Origin: a bacterium
GTDB lineage: Bacteria > Zhuqueibacterota > Zhuqueibacteria > Oceanimicrobiales > Oceanimicrobiaceae
Assembly (NCBI GenBank): GCA_046757025.1
Contig: JBHHXN010000002.1
Span: forward strand, 32,001 to 96,000
DNA length: 64,000 nt
Reading direction: 5' to 3'
Under the pieces are notes generated by a model. The model was not told where the DNA came from and searched no databases. It worked only from the letters and a program-made list of their open reading frames with translations. The translations under genes and the position numbers were made by a program. Shown here one piece after another: positions 18,958-30,971 of this stretch; the first letter of the stretch is position 1; each line of letters opens with the position of its first letter.

Positions 18958-19276
18958 CTCTTCGTGTTCTTACGAATTTTGTAAATTTTTTACCGTATTT
19001 ATTTTTTGTTCGATGGTCGCAGGTAGTAAGTGTAAAAATACCCAAACATTTTTAGTTTAATGAAAACGGATACGTTTAATCCATGTACTTTTCCCCATGG
19101 CCGCCCTTAATCCATTTGAGACATCAAAATTCGAATCGAAACTATACGCTTTGATGGACATTTTTGAAGATTTGACCAACGGATTCAAACATCCGGACCA
19201 TAAAAACTGAAATGAAATAAAATATTGACTTTCAATTAAAATTTCCTTAAATAAAGTTTGCAGTGGAATTTGAGGA

Positions 19277-20089
19277 TTGAAATTGGATTGGTTCGTTGGT
19301 GCTCTGTTATCGCTTCTCGTCACAACTTGTTCGTACTATTTGAGTTTTTTGACTAAGGGAGGGGCCATTGCGGTATATGTTGTCGGCTGGCTTATTTTCA
19401 GTTTAGGAAAGATGACTTTTAGTCTGCCCATTTTAATATTTTTTATTTCATCGAATATTTTTTCGCGGTTGGGGAAATCTCAAAAATCACAGTTGAAAAA
19501 TTACTACCCCCAAAAGAACACTCGAGATGTGGGACAGATTATGGCCAATGGCATTTTTCCAATTTTATTTTTATTGGGTTGGAGTCACTTTCATCATCCG
19601 ATGTGGATTCTTTTGTTTTTCTCTTCGCTTGCCGGGGCCGCTGCCGACACCTGGGCTACGGAAATCGGTGTTTTGTCCAAGCAGAACCCCCGCTCCCTGT
19701 TAAATTTTAGAACCGTTCAAAAAGGAATTTCGGGCGGTGTATCGGTTTTAGGAGAGATTGCAGCCATTTTAGGTGCGTTTTTAATTGCGGCGGTTGGCAT
19801 TTGCATTACACGACTTGAAACAAAAATAATCTTTTCCTGGAAACACCTCGTGCTCGTTACGTTCGCAGGATTTGTCTCGCAAATATTCGATAGTATTTTG
19901 GGCGCCGCTCTGCAAGTGAAATATCAATGCTCTGAATGTCATCAAATTACTGAACGCAAAACTCACTGCAAAAGCGCCCTGACGGAAAAAATATCCGGGA
20001 TACGATGGGTAAACAACGACTTAGTTAACTTTTTATCAATTGGCTGCGGAATTGGGACCGCATGGCTCACTTTAAAAACAATAAACTAA
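19277..20089 (+). CDS. DUF92 (TMEM19-like) membrane protein
   Basis: 'RDVGQIMANG', 'ADTWATEIG', 'G.SGGVS..G', 'DS.LGA.LQ', 'NNDLVNF'; CxxC..HC near the C-terminus. Confidence 0.88.
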   Translation: MKLDWFVGALLSLLVTTCSYYLSFLTKGGAIAVYVVGWLIFSLGKMTFSLPILIFFISSNIFSRLGKSQKSQLKNYYPQKNTRDVGQIMANGIFPILFLLGWSHFHHPMWILLFFSSLAGAAADTWATEIGVLSKQNPRSLLNFRTVQKGISGGVSVLGEIAAILGAFLIAAVGICITRLETKIIFSWKHLVLVTFAGFVSQIFDSILGAALQVKYQCSECHQITERKTHCKSALTEKISGIRWVNNDLVNFLSIGCGIGTAWLTLKTIN

Positions 20090-20102
20090 TCGTGGAAATA
20101 GT

Positions 20103-20402
20103 GTGATGCCTTTCAAAAACAACCATTTCGGGAAACTATTGGGTGGGGCGATTTTGATTGTCTTTCTCTATATCAGCTTTGGTGGAGAATATAATTTGTA
20201 CTTACTTTGGAAGTTACACAATAAAAAGCAGATGCTGCTTGAGCAGATCAAACAAAACCAATTCGAAAACGCTCACTTGCTTGACAAGATTGAAAAACTA
20301 AAATACGACTTTGATTATATGGAAAAAGTCGCCCGTGAAAAGTATAAAATGGGCAAACCCGGAGAGCAAATATACTTAACCAAAAACAGGAATATAAATT
20401 GA
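20103..20402 (+). CDS. Septum formation initiator family protein (FtsB/DivIC-like)
   Basis: Single TM, coiled coil, 'YMEKVAREKYKMGKPGE'. Confidence 0.82.
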   Translation: MMPFKNNHFGKLLGGAILIVFLYISFGGEYNLYLLWKLHNKKQMLLEQIKQNQFENAHLLDKIEKLKYDFDYMEKVAREKYKMGKPGEQIYLTKNRNIN

Positions 20403-21115
20403 GCGATTCTAAGCCACTTTTGCCCAAAGGAGGGATAGGACGAAAATTCAGAGCCTATTTTTTTACCGGTCTATTGGTACTGGTGCCTGTTGTGCTGACC
20501 GGTTACATCATTTGGAATTTATTTTTGGCCATCGATGGCATACTGCGAGGTTTTTCTTATAATTTCATCGTGGAAAAACTGGAACGGTTTGGAATGGAGT
20601 TTGGAGACAAACAAATTCCAGGAATCGGGTTCATCACTTTAATATTAATTATTTTGCTAACCGGAATCATCGCAAGAAATTATCTTGGTAGAAAGGTTGT
20701 CAACTTTGGCGATAAAATTGTCGAAAGCATTCCCCTAATAAATCGGGTGTACGGTGCCATTAAACAAATCAGTCATGCGTTCTTTTCCACACAAAGAGAA
20801 GTCTTTAAAAAACCGATATTATTTGAATATCCACGTAAAGGAATTTACTCTATTGGATTTTATACTCAGGACACTCGGGGTACTGTCCAGGATGCCATTG
20901 ATGTGGATGTCGTCAGTATCTTTTTGCCAACGACCCCAAATCCGACTTCCGGGTTTTTGCTTTTTGTTCAAAAGTCTGAAATAATTGAGCTAGATTTAAC
21001 CATAGAGGAAGCGCTTAAACTGGTTATTTCTGGTGGCGCCATCGTGCCCATTGAATCAAAAAACCTCAAAACGACCGTGCAGTCAAAAGAAGAAGCATCC
21101 AAAATATCGCAGTAA
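20399..21115 (+). CDS. DUF502 membrane protein
   Basis: 'YFFTGLLVLVP', 'IP....Y..IKQ', 'EYPRKG', 'FLPTTPNPTSGF', 'EEALKLVISGG'. Confidence 0.9.
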   Translation: MSDSKPLLPKGGIGRKFRAYFFTGLLVLVPVVLTGYIIWNLFLAIDGILRGFSYNFIVEKLERFGMEFGDKQIPGIGFITLILIILLTGIIARNYLGRKVVNFGDKIVESIPLINRVYGAIKQISHAFFSTQREVFKKPILFEYPRKGIYSIGFYTQDTRGTVQDAIDVDVVSIFLPTTPNPTSGFLLFVQKSEIIELDLTIEEALKLVISGGAIVPIESKNLKTTVQSKEEASKISQ

Positions 21116-23030
21116 GTTGAATGAGTTAATTCAATTTAAGATACTGAGTTGCAGCAACTCACGTAAAATTTTATGCACTTTTTTGATATTATCTTTCGCA
21201 CCCGAATTAGCATTAAATCAAATCAGGCAACCTGAGCAATTTGAGCCTAATTCATTAAATTACTCCAATCTCAGCTTTAGTCAGGATCTAAATATTTATT
21301 CTTGGGTATATTCTTTTTATTGTCACAATACTTTGGGAAACAGTTTAGAGTATTACATAAAAGAAGATTTTCGGTCAACCTTGCAAAGCATCGCAGCAAA
21401 AGATCATTGGAAGGACAAACAAGATTTTGTTTTAAACCTGACAAAATCATTTAAGAACAATCTCTCACTGACCGCGGATTTTAATTCACATATTTTATCC
21501 GACCCCTTGGCGGGTTTTGACAATGATGTGATACATCACTCCGTTTCTGCGTCGATGAAATATCAGCCGAATCAAAAAATCACGATTGCACCTCTGGTTA
21601 CGAGTAAATGGCAGACACAACGGGAACAAAGTGACTACGGGTTGGGTTACGGTGTAAATGCAGAGTTGTATGATCTGAACTATCATGGCTACCAAAATAA
21701 CCTAACGTTTTACACCGCAAGAGACTTTTTCCCAAAAAGGAAAAACGCAGATATCAAGCTAAGGTACCAAATTAAACGTCAGTTTTACGACGCCACCATT
21801 GACACATTTATCATATATCACGACAAAATCCGCAGAGATACGTTTGATGCGGACACGAACGGGGTGTTTATTCGAAATCTTACTCAAACTTTTAGTGGAA
21901 TTGAAAATCACCTAAGTTACAACCTGGCCCCAAACATCATCCTTTATTTAAAAAATTCTATCGCTACCACTTCATTTGAAGTCAGTAAACTCAAATCCCC
22001 AGCGAAAGAAATCAGCAAAGATGACCGAGGCTTTGAATCCAAACACACCGTTAGGCTATCATGGCAAAAACCCAGATGGTATGGAAGTTTTGGTTGGAAT
22101 TTTCGTTCACGCGCTAAGGATGATCGGCGCCCGCAGAAGACCGATCTCGATCCCTTTGGAAACCGCCATCCTTCCTTGGGCTTTGATACCGATGAAGTTT
22201 TAGTCAAATTATTTACTCGCGGTGGTTGGGCTTTTTCAAACAAAGATTCCATTGGGTTTGTGGCATCTGTTTCAAAATTTCAATTTGATACTTCAGACAC
22301 CACCAACCCCAACAATCACGACCAACTTCGATGGCAATTTACAGTTAATTATGCCCATGCATTTGGTTCAGGGTTAAAAATTGAATGGAAGGGTGGAGCG
22401 TTTTTAAACCATTTCGTTTATATTTCAAGCAAGTTCAGCAGTGATAACAACTGGGAACGCGTATTACAATTAACCCCGGTGGTGATTTACCGGCCCCATA
22501 GCCGTTTTGCATTTCGACAAAGTTTTACCGTTCGCGCAAAATACCAAACCTATGATTTTAATGATAATGCAAACAACACAAGGGATTCCGCGAACAGACA
22601 ATTTATTTTTACCAACAGTACTCGTTATGGCTTCAACTCCGACACCTGGGTGGAGCTGGGATTACACCTGGAATTAGCTGAACAAGGTAGATTGTTTTAC
22701 CGTTTGTGGCGGCAGAGATTAGCGCTCTCCTGGCGAAATCAAGAGCTGCAATTGCTCATCAAACATAAATTGGGGTGGAATTTCTTAATAGCTTTGGGGG
22801 GCAGTTTTTTTCATCAAGTGCGCTGGAATCACAATATCGATTCCCAGGGCAACTTAATAAAAACCGTGCGCGCAAAACACACCAATCTTGGACCGGCACT
22901 CGAATTATCGTTTAAACCAAATCGTTCATTAGAATTTGTTTTTTGGGGCGACATTCAATTTGTATTGGCGTCACGAAAAAAAACCGAGCAAATCAATAAT
23001 TTTGACGTCAAATTGAATTGGCTCTTTTAA
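21033..23030 (+). CDS. Hypothetical outer-membrane beta-barrel protein
   Basis: Alternating aromatic/hydrophobic beta-strand pattern, C-terminal 'VKLNWLF'. True start is probably later (about 21117). Confidence 0.6.
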   Translation: MAPSCPLNQKTSKRPCSQKKKHPKYRSKLNELIQFKILSCSNSRKILCTFLILSFAPELALNQIRQPEQFEPNSLNYSNLSFSQDLNIYSWVYSFYCHNTLGNSLEYYIKEDFRSTLQSIAAKDHWKDKQDFVLNLTKSFKNNLSLTADFNSHILSDPLAGFDNDVIHHSVSASMKYQPNQKITIAPLVTSKWQTQREQSDYGLGYGVNAELYDLNYHGYQNNLTFYTARDFFPKRKNADIKLRYQIKRQFYDATIDTFIIYHDKIRRDTFDADTNGVFIRNLTQTFSGIENHLSYNLAPNIILYLKNSIATTSFEVSKLKSPAKEISKDDRGFESKHTVRLSWQKPRWYGSFGWNFRSRAKDDRRPQKTDLDPFGNRHPSLGFDTDEVLVKLFTRGGWAFSNKDSIGFVASVSKFQFDTSDTTNPNNHDQLRWQFTVNYAHAFGSGLKIEWKGGAFLNHFVYISSKFSSDNNWERVLQLTPVVIYRPHSRFAFRQSFTVRAKYQTYDFNDNANNTRDSANRQFIFTNSTRYGFNSDTWVELGLHLELAEQGRLFYRLWRQRLALSWRNQELQLLIKHKLGWNFLIALGGSFFHQVRWNHNIDSQGNLIKTVRAKHTNLGPALELSFKPNRSLEFVFWGDIQFVLASRKKTEQINNFDVKLNWLF

Positions 23031-23037
23031 GAAAGGA

Positions 23038-23466
23038 ATGACCGTGGGCGGAAAAAAATCAAAGCAATTAACCATGACCATCCTGAGTAGATTGGAAGAG
23101 ATCGAGCAGGTTGAAAGACTTGCTGAAAAAGCCGCCGATAAAATGCAATTTGATGAAGAAGAAAAAGACAGCCTGGCAATTGCAGTTACCGAAGCTGTCA
23201 ATAATGCCATCATTCATGGTAACAAACAAAATAAAAAAAAGAAAGTCCATATTAAATTTACCTTCCAAAAGAAAAAATTGATCGTAACCATCAAAGATGA
23301 AGGCGAGGGATTCAATCCAGAAAAACTCAGCGATCCCCTGGCACCAGAAAACTTGTTAAAGGAAAGCGGGCGCGGAATTTTTATTTTATCGACTTTAATG
23401 GATGATGTCAAATTCAAATTTAACAAAGACGGTACAGAAATCAGCATGTTTAAAGAAAAAAAATAA
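23038..23466 (+). CDS. Anti-sigma factor / Ser-Thr kinase, RsbW-like HATPase
   Basis: 'AVTEAVNNAIIHGN', 'IKDEGEGF', 'ESGRGIFIL..LMD'. Confidence 0.88.
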   Translation: MTVGGKKSKQLTMTILSRLEEIEQVERLAEKAADKMQFDEEEKDSLAIAVTEAVNNAIIHGNKQNKKKKVHIKFTFQKKKLIVTIKDEGEGFNPEKLSDPLAPENLLKESGRGIFILSTLMDDVKFKFNKDGTEISMFKEKK

Positions 23467-23497
23467 CCGGTCTAAAAAATTTTTTAATGTGAGCTCG

Positions 23498-23583
23498 AAG
23501 TCGTAGGGGCGCTGATTTTTTCAATCGGCTGAGACCGGTCCCTTTGAACCTGATCCAGGTAATTCTGGCGTAGGAAATGGCTT
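23498..23583 (+). ncRNA. TPP (THI-box) riboswitch
   Basis: AGGGGCGC...GCTGAGA...CCCTTTGAACCTGATCCAGGTAATTCTGGCGTAGGAA consensus directly upstream of thiC. Confidence 0.95.
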
Positions 23584-23607
23584 AAATTAAAGATGTCAAT
23601 TAATTAT

Positions 23608-23660
23608 AAACCGTATTCATGTTCTCGGAAGCTCGAGCCAGAAGACGGTTTTTTATTTTA
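23608..23660 (+). terminator. Terminator hairpin of the TPP riboswitch expression platform
   Basis: AAACCGTATTC...GAAGACGGTTT stem (10/11) followed by a U-rich tract just before the thiC RBS (GGAGG). Confidence 0.7.
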
Positions 23661-23676
23661 ATCATGGAGGTTTTAA

Positions 23677-25092
<1,416 letters not shown>

Positions 25093-25128
25093 CCGGTACT
25101 CTGCAACAAGACTCACAACAAGTCAGCA

Positions 25129-26160
25129 TCAGGGCCAAGCTGATAAAGGGCTGGAGGTGTTGTTAGGAGGATTTGTTTGCGCGTTTGAAATTTCCGAATC
25201 CTGCGAGCTAAGCCTGGGAATTTTCAGCTTCTGACCAGGAAATATCAGATTCGGGTTCTTTAATATATCACGATTTGCCTTGAATATTTCACCATATTTA
25301 AGAGCGTCGCCATAATACGCCTTGGCAATCTTAGATAACCAATCGCCCTTTTTTACGGTATAATATTCATAAGCGATATCTTTCGTTTTTGTGGACGAGG
25401 ACTCTTTGATTCTTGGCGTACGTTCAATACGCCGGGGGGTAGCTATTTGTTCGTTTAATTTTTTTAACCTGTTTACATCATTCTGAGTTTTACCCGATCC
25501 GGTAGTTAAATCAAAATGATTTTTAACATCCGTCACATCTGGTACAAAAGCGCTGAGATCCGATTCAGGTTTTTCACTTTGAACGTCGTCAGCCTGATTC
25601 TTAAAGAAGGGTTCAGGTTTGGGGGTGGGAATTTCTAGAAATTGAGAGTGACTCACCGGCAATTCGATGGTGGTAAAGGATTTCAGCAATGAAATCGATT
25701 CGTGCTGTGAATCCGAGCTTTGGTAAGATACATAGCGACCAACGATAAGCGCCTTATAGTTCCCCACTTGCAAATTACTCATCTCAATATTTACTAGCTC
25801 GGTTTCACCTGGAAAAATATGTATCCGGTCACCTTCAAATCTGGTAATGTATTTTCCTGACAGGTCATACAATTCAGCCCACACCAGCGGCCGTTGAATA
25901 ATTTCACCTGCGTTTTTTAGTTTTATTTGTAAAATACTTTTTGAATCTGTAATTTGGAGATTTGAACTTAAAAATTTCACAAAACCCACTCTTCCTCTGG
26001 AATGGGTGGGGTTCTTGATATTCTCAGAAACGCCTTTAGAAAAATTGAATACCTTTTTTTGACTTTTTACCGATTGGCCCGAACTGAATCTGGTTTGCGT
26101 ATTCATCCCTAAAAAAAATATCGCAACAATAACCAAAATTGATAAATTATTATTTTTCAT
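25129..26160 (-). CDS. Secreted protein with Ig-like domain and C-terminal LysM domain
   Basis: Signal-like MKNNNLSILVIVAIFFLG from ATG 26160; LysM 'YTVKKGDWLSKIAKAYYG...IFKANR..LKNPNLIFPGQKLKIP'. Confidence 0.8.
   Translation of the reverse strand: MKNNNLSILVIVAIFFLGMNTQTRFSSGQSVKSQKKVFNFSKGVSENIKNPTHSRGRVGFVKFLSSNLQITDSKSILQIKLKNAGEIIQRPLVWAELYDLSGKYITRFEGDRIHIFPGETELVNIEMSNLQVGNYKALIVGRYVSYQSSDSQHESISLLKSFTTIELPVSHSQFLEIPTPKPEPFFKNQADDVQSEKPESDLSAFVPDVTDVKNHFDLTTGSGKTQNDVNRLKKLNEQIATPRRIERTPRIKESSSTKTKDIAYEYYTVKKGDWLSKIAKAYYGDALKYGEIFKANRDILKNPNLIFPGQKLKIPRLSSQDSEISNAQTNPPNNTSSPLSAWP
25453..25516. repeat. 64-bp dispersed direct repeat, copy 2 (inside LysM gene linker)
   Basis: 62/64 identical to 9266-9329. 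Confidence 0.95.
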
Positions 26161-26258
26161 GAAGATATTTAAAATAAAATTCGTCCGGTTTTGCGACAAA
26201 TGCTTTTGAGGAAATCGATGTGTTTCCATCCTGTCAATTTCATGCAACAACCTTAATT

Positions 26259-26275
26259 TGCAATTTACATGCCAA
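26259..26275 (-). promoter_or_regulatory. Sigma54 (-24/-12) promoter of the LysM gene
   Basis: Minus strand TTGGCATGTAAATTGCA matches TGGCAC-N5-TTGC with correct spacing, about 100 bp upstream of ATG 26160. Confidence 0.7.
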
Positions 26276-26359
26276 GGAACGCAATACTTCAATTTGAACC
26301 AATCAGGCATGTTTTGGGTTTGTAAATTCCAGCTCTTGCCTTCTTTTATTCAAGTAAAC

Positions 26360-26398
26360 TGGTCAAATATTGACCATCTGTTTATAATTTGAACAGAT
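26360..26398. promoter_or_regulatory. Tandem palindromic sites, candidate enhancer (bEBP UAS)
   Basis: TGGTCAA-ATA-TTGACCA (26360-26376) and ATCTGTTTA-TAATT-TGAACAGAT (26376-26398), about 85-125 bp upstream of the sigma54 promoter. Confidence 0.5.
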
Positions 26399-26785
26399 CC
26401 TAATCCTGCTTAAATAATCGGAACATATTCACTGCACTTGAATTGAGGCTGTTGCAGAAAGTCAATTTTCTCCACCAAAACTGAAGGGCAGATTATGATT
26501 CCGCAGACAAAAGGCTTCTCGAAAAACGCTGAGCGGTTCCATCCTCCAAAAATATTTATTCCGTAATTTTAATCTAAAGGATGAGAAAATTAAAAAAAAC
26601 AGGGCCTGTTACTGGTTGGAATTAAATGAAGAAGTAAATGCATACACCCCCAAATTAACCCGCTGAATGAAAGTGCCGCCTAGTCGATTTTGTGGGAAAA
26701 AGGAATGCCGATCAATTCACATGCAAGCACGAATTAAGAAAATCGACCATCCTCAATGTGTTCTTATCTGCAATGGCTTATTATC

Positions 26786-29050
26786 TTATTTTGCAAACTC
26801 TCTCATAAAATTTAACATTTCATCGATACGGGTTGTAGGAGCTTTACAGGCATAATTCTGACAAACATAGGCCGTGGCTTTGCCGTTTTGAGTACTTTGA
26901 TTTTCCGTAAACGGCGCTATTTCGACGATTGGTGGTTTGTTAACTTCCACCGGTCGAAAAAGAGTCACCTTATTGGGCACGTAAATTTGTTGCAAAGCTT
27001 TTATCATCGCAATACTGTCTTTTTTGTTGGACTTTCCCGCGATCACCACTTCAATCGAAGGGCCAATGGCAAAATCTAAAGCCGTTAAATACTGTGTGTA
27101 TCCGCTCGCAACGCGCGTTATTTGGTTCGAAAAGCACTTTCCGATGGCAGCTGCTTTTGTTTCAAATTCAGGATTTCCGGTAAATCGGCTGATACGCAGT
27201 AAATTGAGTGCCGCAACTGAATTTCCAGAAGGCAGGGCGCCATCATAAATTTCTTTGTTTCGTATGAGCAGCTCTTCTGCGTTCTCAGCCGTGAAAAACA
27301 ATCCGCCCTTTTCATCGTCCCAAAACAGATTCAACATGTTTTCATTCAACAGAGTTGCCCGCCGAAGAAATTTCACCTCGTAAGTAGCTTCATAAAGCTC
27401 CAACAAACCCCACACAAAAAAAGCGTAATCATCAACGTGTGCTTGAAGCCCGGATTCACCCTGTCGATGCCTTTTCATTAAAAGACCCTCTTCATCTCGT
27501 AATTGCTCCCAAATGAAGTCCGCAGCCCGGCTGGCTGCTTGTGCATATTGGGGTTCATCCAGCACGGCTGCTCCCTTTGCCAAAGCCGCTATCATCAGGC
27601 CATTCCAATCGGTTAAAATTTTATCGTCTTTCAACGGATGAATTCGCTTTTCTCTAAATTTGAAAAGCTTCTGTCGAACATCCTTCCAAATTGCATGCAA
27701 CTCATCATATTGGAAGCCCGCTTGCTCTGCCAACACAGTCAAAGGCTGCTCAAGGTGCAAAATGTTTTTGCCGGTTTTTTGACCGCTGGCCTGATCCAGA
27801 AAATTGCCTGCGTCCTCCACATTAAAAAGTTTGATGATTAAACTACCTTTTTCCTCTCCTACAATGTCTTTTATTTCTTGTGGACTCCACAAGTAAAACA
27901 ATCCTTCTTCACCTTCACTGTCCGCATCTTCCGCGGAATAAAAACCCCCTTCAGGAGCCGTCATGTCTCTAAGAACATAAGTAAATATTTCCCGAGCGGT
28001 TTCGGCGTATTCATTCTTCCGCGTTACTTGAAAGGTTTCTAAATAGGCGATAGCCATCATGGCTTGATCATAAAGCATTTTTTCGAAATGCGGAAGCATC
28101 CATTGAACATCGGTAGAATAGCGATGAAAACCGAATCCAACATGGTCAAAAATTCCACCAAGCCGCAACCGCTGCAACGTTTTCTCGACCATTTTAATTG
28201 CTTGATCATTTCCCGTGCGGTGGAAGTAACGCAGTAAAAAAGTGAAATTGTGTGGCGAAGGAAATTTGGGTGCAGAACCAAATCCTCCATGCTTTTCGTC
28301 AAATTTGTTGAGCAATTGATTAAATGCGCTGTGTAAAACATCTTCAGAAAGTTCTTCCCCTGGTTGCACGGAGATAGATTTTTGAAGATAGTCCACGATT
28401 TGCGTTGAGCTTTCAATGATTTTTTCACGTTGCGTTTTCCACAGCTCTGAGATTTTGGGCACGAGATCCATCATGCCAATTTGCTGGTAGCGGCTAATTT
28501 TGGGGAAATACGTGCCAGCAAAAAAGGGCCGCTTCTCTGGCGTCATGATAATCGTCAACGGCCAACCCCCTCTTTGTGTCAAGGCCTGGCAAACCGCCAT
28601 GTAAATTTGATCGATATCGGGTCGCTCCTCCCTGTCAACCTTAATACATACAAACGCCTCATTCATCACTCGCGCCACCGCCGTGTCTTGAAACGATTCG
28701 TGTTCCATGACGTGGCACCAATGACAGGTTGAATAACCAATGGAGAGAAAAATAGGCTTGTCTTCTTTCCGCGCTTTTGCAAAAGCCTCTTCACCCCAGG
28801 GATACCAATTCACCGGATTGCCAGCGTGTTGAAGTAAATAGGGGCTTTTTTCGAAAATCAAGCGATTATAGTCCGGGCCACCGTCAGCGGGCAGCTTTTT
28901 AATTTCTTCCTGAGAGGGTAACGGTTTACGCCCGGCCGATTCCTCTGCACCCTCACTAGACTGCCTCAATTTATCTGAAAATTGCATAATAAGCATCACC
29001 AGTAAAATTAAAAAAATCAAATAGGTCGCAGAATTTTTATTTACTTTCAT
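26786..29050 (-). CDS. Thioredoxin-domain DUF255 protein (YyaL/SPATA20 family) with N-terminal membrane anchor
   Basis: '[19 protein letters not shown]', '[13 protein letters not shown]', '[11 protein letters not shown]', '[11 protein letters not shown]', '[11 protein letters not shown]'. Start placed at ATG 29050; the ORF extends to 29146. Confidence 0.92.
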   Translation of the reverse strand: MKVNKNSATYLIFLILLVMLIMQFSDKLRQSSEGAEESAGRKPLPSQEEIKKLPADGGPDYNRLIFEKSPYLLQHAGNPVNWYPWGEEAFAKARKEDKPIFLSIGYSTCHWCHVMEHESFQDTAVARVMNEAFVCIKVDREERPDIDQIYMAVCQALTQRGGWPLTIIMTPEKRPFFAGTYFPKISRYQQIGMMDLVPKISELWKTQREKIIESSTQIVDYLQKSISVQPGEELSEDVLHSAFNQLLNKFDEKHGGFGSAPKFPSPHNFTFLLRYFHRTGNDQAIKMVEKTLQRLRLGGIFDHVGFGFHRYSTDVQWMLPHFEKMLYDQAMMAIAYLETFQVTRKNEYAETAREIFTYVLRDMTAPEGGFYSAEDADSEGEEGLFYLWSPQEIKDIVGEEKGSLIIKLFNVEDAGNFLDQASGQKTGKNILHLEQPLTVLAEQAGFQYDELHAIWKDVRQKLFKFREKRIHPLKDDKILTDWNGLMIAALAKGAAVLDEPQYAQAASRAADFIWEQLRDEEGLLMKRHRQGESGLQAHVDDYAFFVWGLLELYEATYEVKFLRRATLLNENMLNLFWDDEKGGLFFTAENAEELLIRNKEIYDGALPSGNSVAALNLLRISRFTGNPEFETKAAAIGKCFSNQITRVASGYTQYLTALDFAIGPSIEVVIAGKSNKKDSIAMIKALQQIYVPNKVTLFRPVEVNKPPIVEIAPFTENQSTQNGKATAYVCQNYACKAPTTRIDEMLNFMREFAK

Positions 29051-29295
29051 TATTTGTACTTCTTTCTGAAAACAACTAATAAATAATGGACGATAGTAAT
29101 TTAGCGCATGGAGGTTGGTTTGTGAATACGTTTCCGCGCCTTTCACTAAACATTGTTTTATTAATTAATATGCCAACTATTTCAATTTTTTTTGGAGGAA
29201 CAGGAGAACAGTTGGAAAAATGCACTATCGCCTTTTAGATTTGTCAGCGGAAAAAATAACCGGGACTTTAATTCGATGCTGAAAAGCTCTGGTTA

Positions 29296-30360
29296 TTATA
29301 TACGGTAATTTTTAAATCCCCAGAGGAGCTCTTTCGCAGTGACTTTTATGATACTGGCGGTTGGCACAGCCAGCAACATTCCAAAAATTCCCAACAATTG
29401 GCCACCTATTAAAATTGCAATGATAATCGTCAGCGGATGCAATTCCACGCTTTTAGAAACGATGACTGGGGAAACAAAAATGTTCTCAAATAATTGAATT
29501 CCCGCAAAAGCCACGATAACCACGACCACAGCACCGAAAGAGCCGGTATCGATTAAGGCTATGACGATTGCCGGAACAGCCCCCACTATCGGGCCAAAAT
29601 ACGGTATCATATTCGCCAGGCCGGCGATGGAGCCGATAAAGAAAAAGTAACGAATATTTAACAGGTAAAGGGCCAGAATACTCAAGGTGCCCACAATTGC
29701 TGCAACCAGTAATTGCCCGCGGATATAGCGACCCAGTTGCGTACTCGTTTTGTGCAAGATGAGTAACGTCATTTCAAAATATCGATTCGGTACCCAGCTC
29801 ACCAGGGTCTTTTTCATGCGACGGCCATCTTTCAAAAAGAAAAAGGTGATAAAAGCCAACATGATGAGCGAGATTATTGTTGAAAATACACCGATTACAA
29901 TATTAAATCCTTTTTTCATCAAAGAATCGACTATGGATTGCAGCTCCTTTTGAATCATGGGGCTTTTTAACACCGGAAGTTTATCCCCCAATTTTTCCTT
30001 TAGTTGCTGAATCACCTGTCCGGGGGATTGCTCTCTCAAGCCAGAGCTAATTTGATGAACCTCATTCATCACGATTGGAGCAAGAAACTCAATGACCAGG
30101 AGCGTCATTAACACAATAATTCCGAAAACGATAATGACCGCCACCAAACGATCCAAGCCTTGATTTTCAATAAAATTTACTACCGGGTCAAAAAGAAATG
30201 CCAAAAACAGGGCGATAATTACGATGGTGACGACCGATTTTATGAGAGGAAGTATGGCCAAAAAGGCAAGCACTGCTATTAAGGCAAAGCCCCATTTTGC
30301 CATTTTTTTGAGCACTTGCTTGTTGACACTTACGGATAGAATTTCAGGAGAGGAAGGCAT
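29296..30360 (-). CDS. AI-2E family transporter (PerM-like)
   Basis: Multi-TM; 'YIRGQ', 'IPYFGP', 'ELHPL', 'G..GMLLAVP'. Confidence 0.9.
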   Translation of the reverse strand: MPSSPEILSVSVNKQVLKKMAKWGFALIAVLAFLAILPLIKSVVTIVIIALFLAFLFDPVVNFIENQGLDRLVAVIIVFGIIVLMTLLVIEFLAPIVMNEVHQISSGLREQSPGQVIQQLKEKLGDKLPVLKSPMIQKELQSIVDSLMKKGFNIVIGVFSTIISLIMLAFITFFFLKDGRRMKKTLVSWVPNRYFEMTLLILHKTSTQLGRYIRGQLLVAAIVGTLSILALYLLNIRYFFFIGSIAGLANMIPYFGPIVGAVPAIVIALIDTGSFGAVVVVIVAFAGIQLFENIFVSPVIVSKSVELHPLTIIIAILIGGQLLGIFGMLLAVPTASIIKVTAKELLWGFKNYRI

Positions 30361-30363
30361 GGT

Positions 30364-30939
30364 TCAGGTGATCATTTTAGAGTTTTCAACTTTCGCCCAC
30401 AGTGCTTGCAGTTCTTCGTTGGTGTGTTTTAATCTTTCACCGATCGTCCGAGCAAGTTGAAACAGAAATTTATTGCCCAAGCGGGGCTTGCGATCGATCA
30501 GTCCCATGAGGTCGGGACGAAAGAGGCCGAGAATTTTGGTTTCTTCCAGTGCTATGGCAGTGGCAGACCGAGGCGATTCATCCAGCAAAGCGAGCTCGCC
30601 AAAAAACTCCCCCCGCTTTAGTTTAGCCAATTCTTCTTTTTCCTGTTCATTCACATTTTTAAAGATGGCAACAGAACCATCCTCCACAATATACATACCC
30701 ACTCCGGGCTCACTCTCCCAAAAAATGGTTTCATTTTCTTTGAATTTTCTTCGATGAATAATTTTCACAAACTCTTTTAAATTTGCCTTGCTTGTGCCGT
30801 GGAAAAGAGGCACCTGACGGAGGATAGCGATTACGGTCTCTTGACGACTTTTATCATTTTTAAAAATGTTGCGCCAAAGCGCATCCCCGACTTGAAACTT
30901 TGATACAGACGACGGTTTTTTCTTATTTTTCACATTCAT
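30364..30939 (-). CDS. Stand-alone cyclic-nucleotide-binding domain protein
   Basis: 'GEFFGELALLDESPRSATA' phosphate-binding cassette; no C-terminal HTH evident. Confidence 0.88.
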   Translation of the reverse strand: MNVKNKKKPSSVSKFQVGDALWRNIFKNDKSRQETVIAILRQVPLFHGTSKANLKEFVKIIHRRKFKENETIFWESEPGVGMYIVEDGSVAIFKNVNEQEKEELAKLKRGEFFGELALLDESPRSATAIALEETKILGLFRPDLMGLIDRKPRLGNKFLFQLARTIGERLKHTNEELQALWAKVENSKMIT

Positions 30940-30971
30940 TTTAAGTTCAATATCTTAATTTTATATTCTAA

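Noticed and set aside
19057..19323. 88-aa minus-strand ORF and short plus-strand frames in the DnaA-box intergenic region
   Set aside because: No recognisable motif or RBS, and it overlaps the DUF92 start; likely spurious.
26445..26610. GAGGCTGTTGCAGAAAGTC resembling an IS/MITE end, with weak dyads downstream
   Set aside because: No matching inward-facing partner end or transposase; at most a decayed remnant.
29160..29178. Possible sigma54 promoter upstream of the yyaL-like gene (TTGGCATATTAATTAAT, minus strand)
   Set aside because: The -24 element is present but the essential -12 GC is missing.
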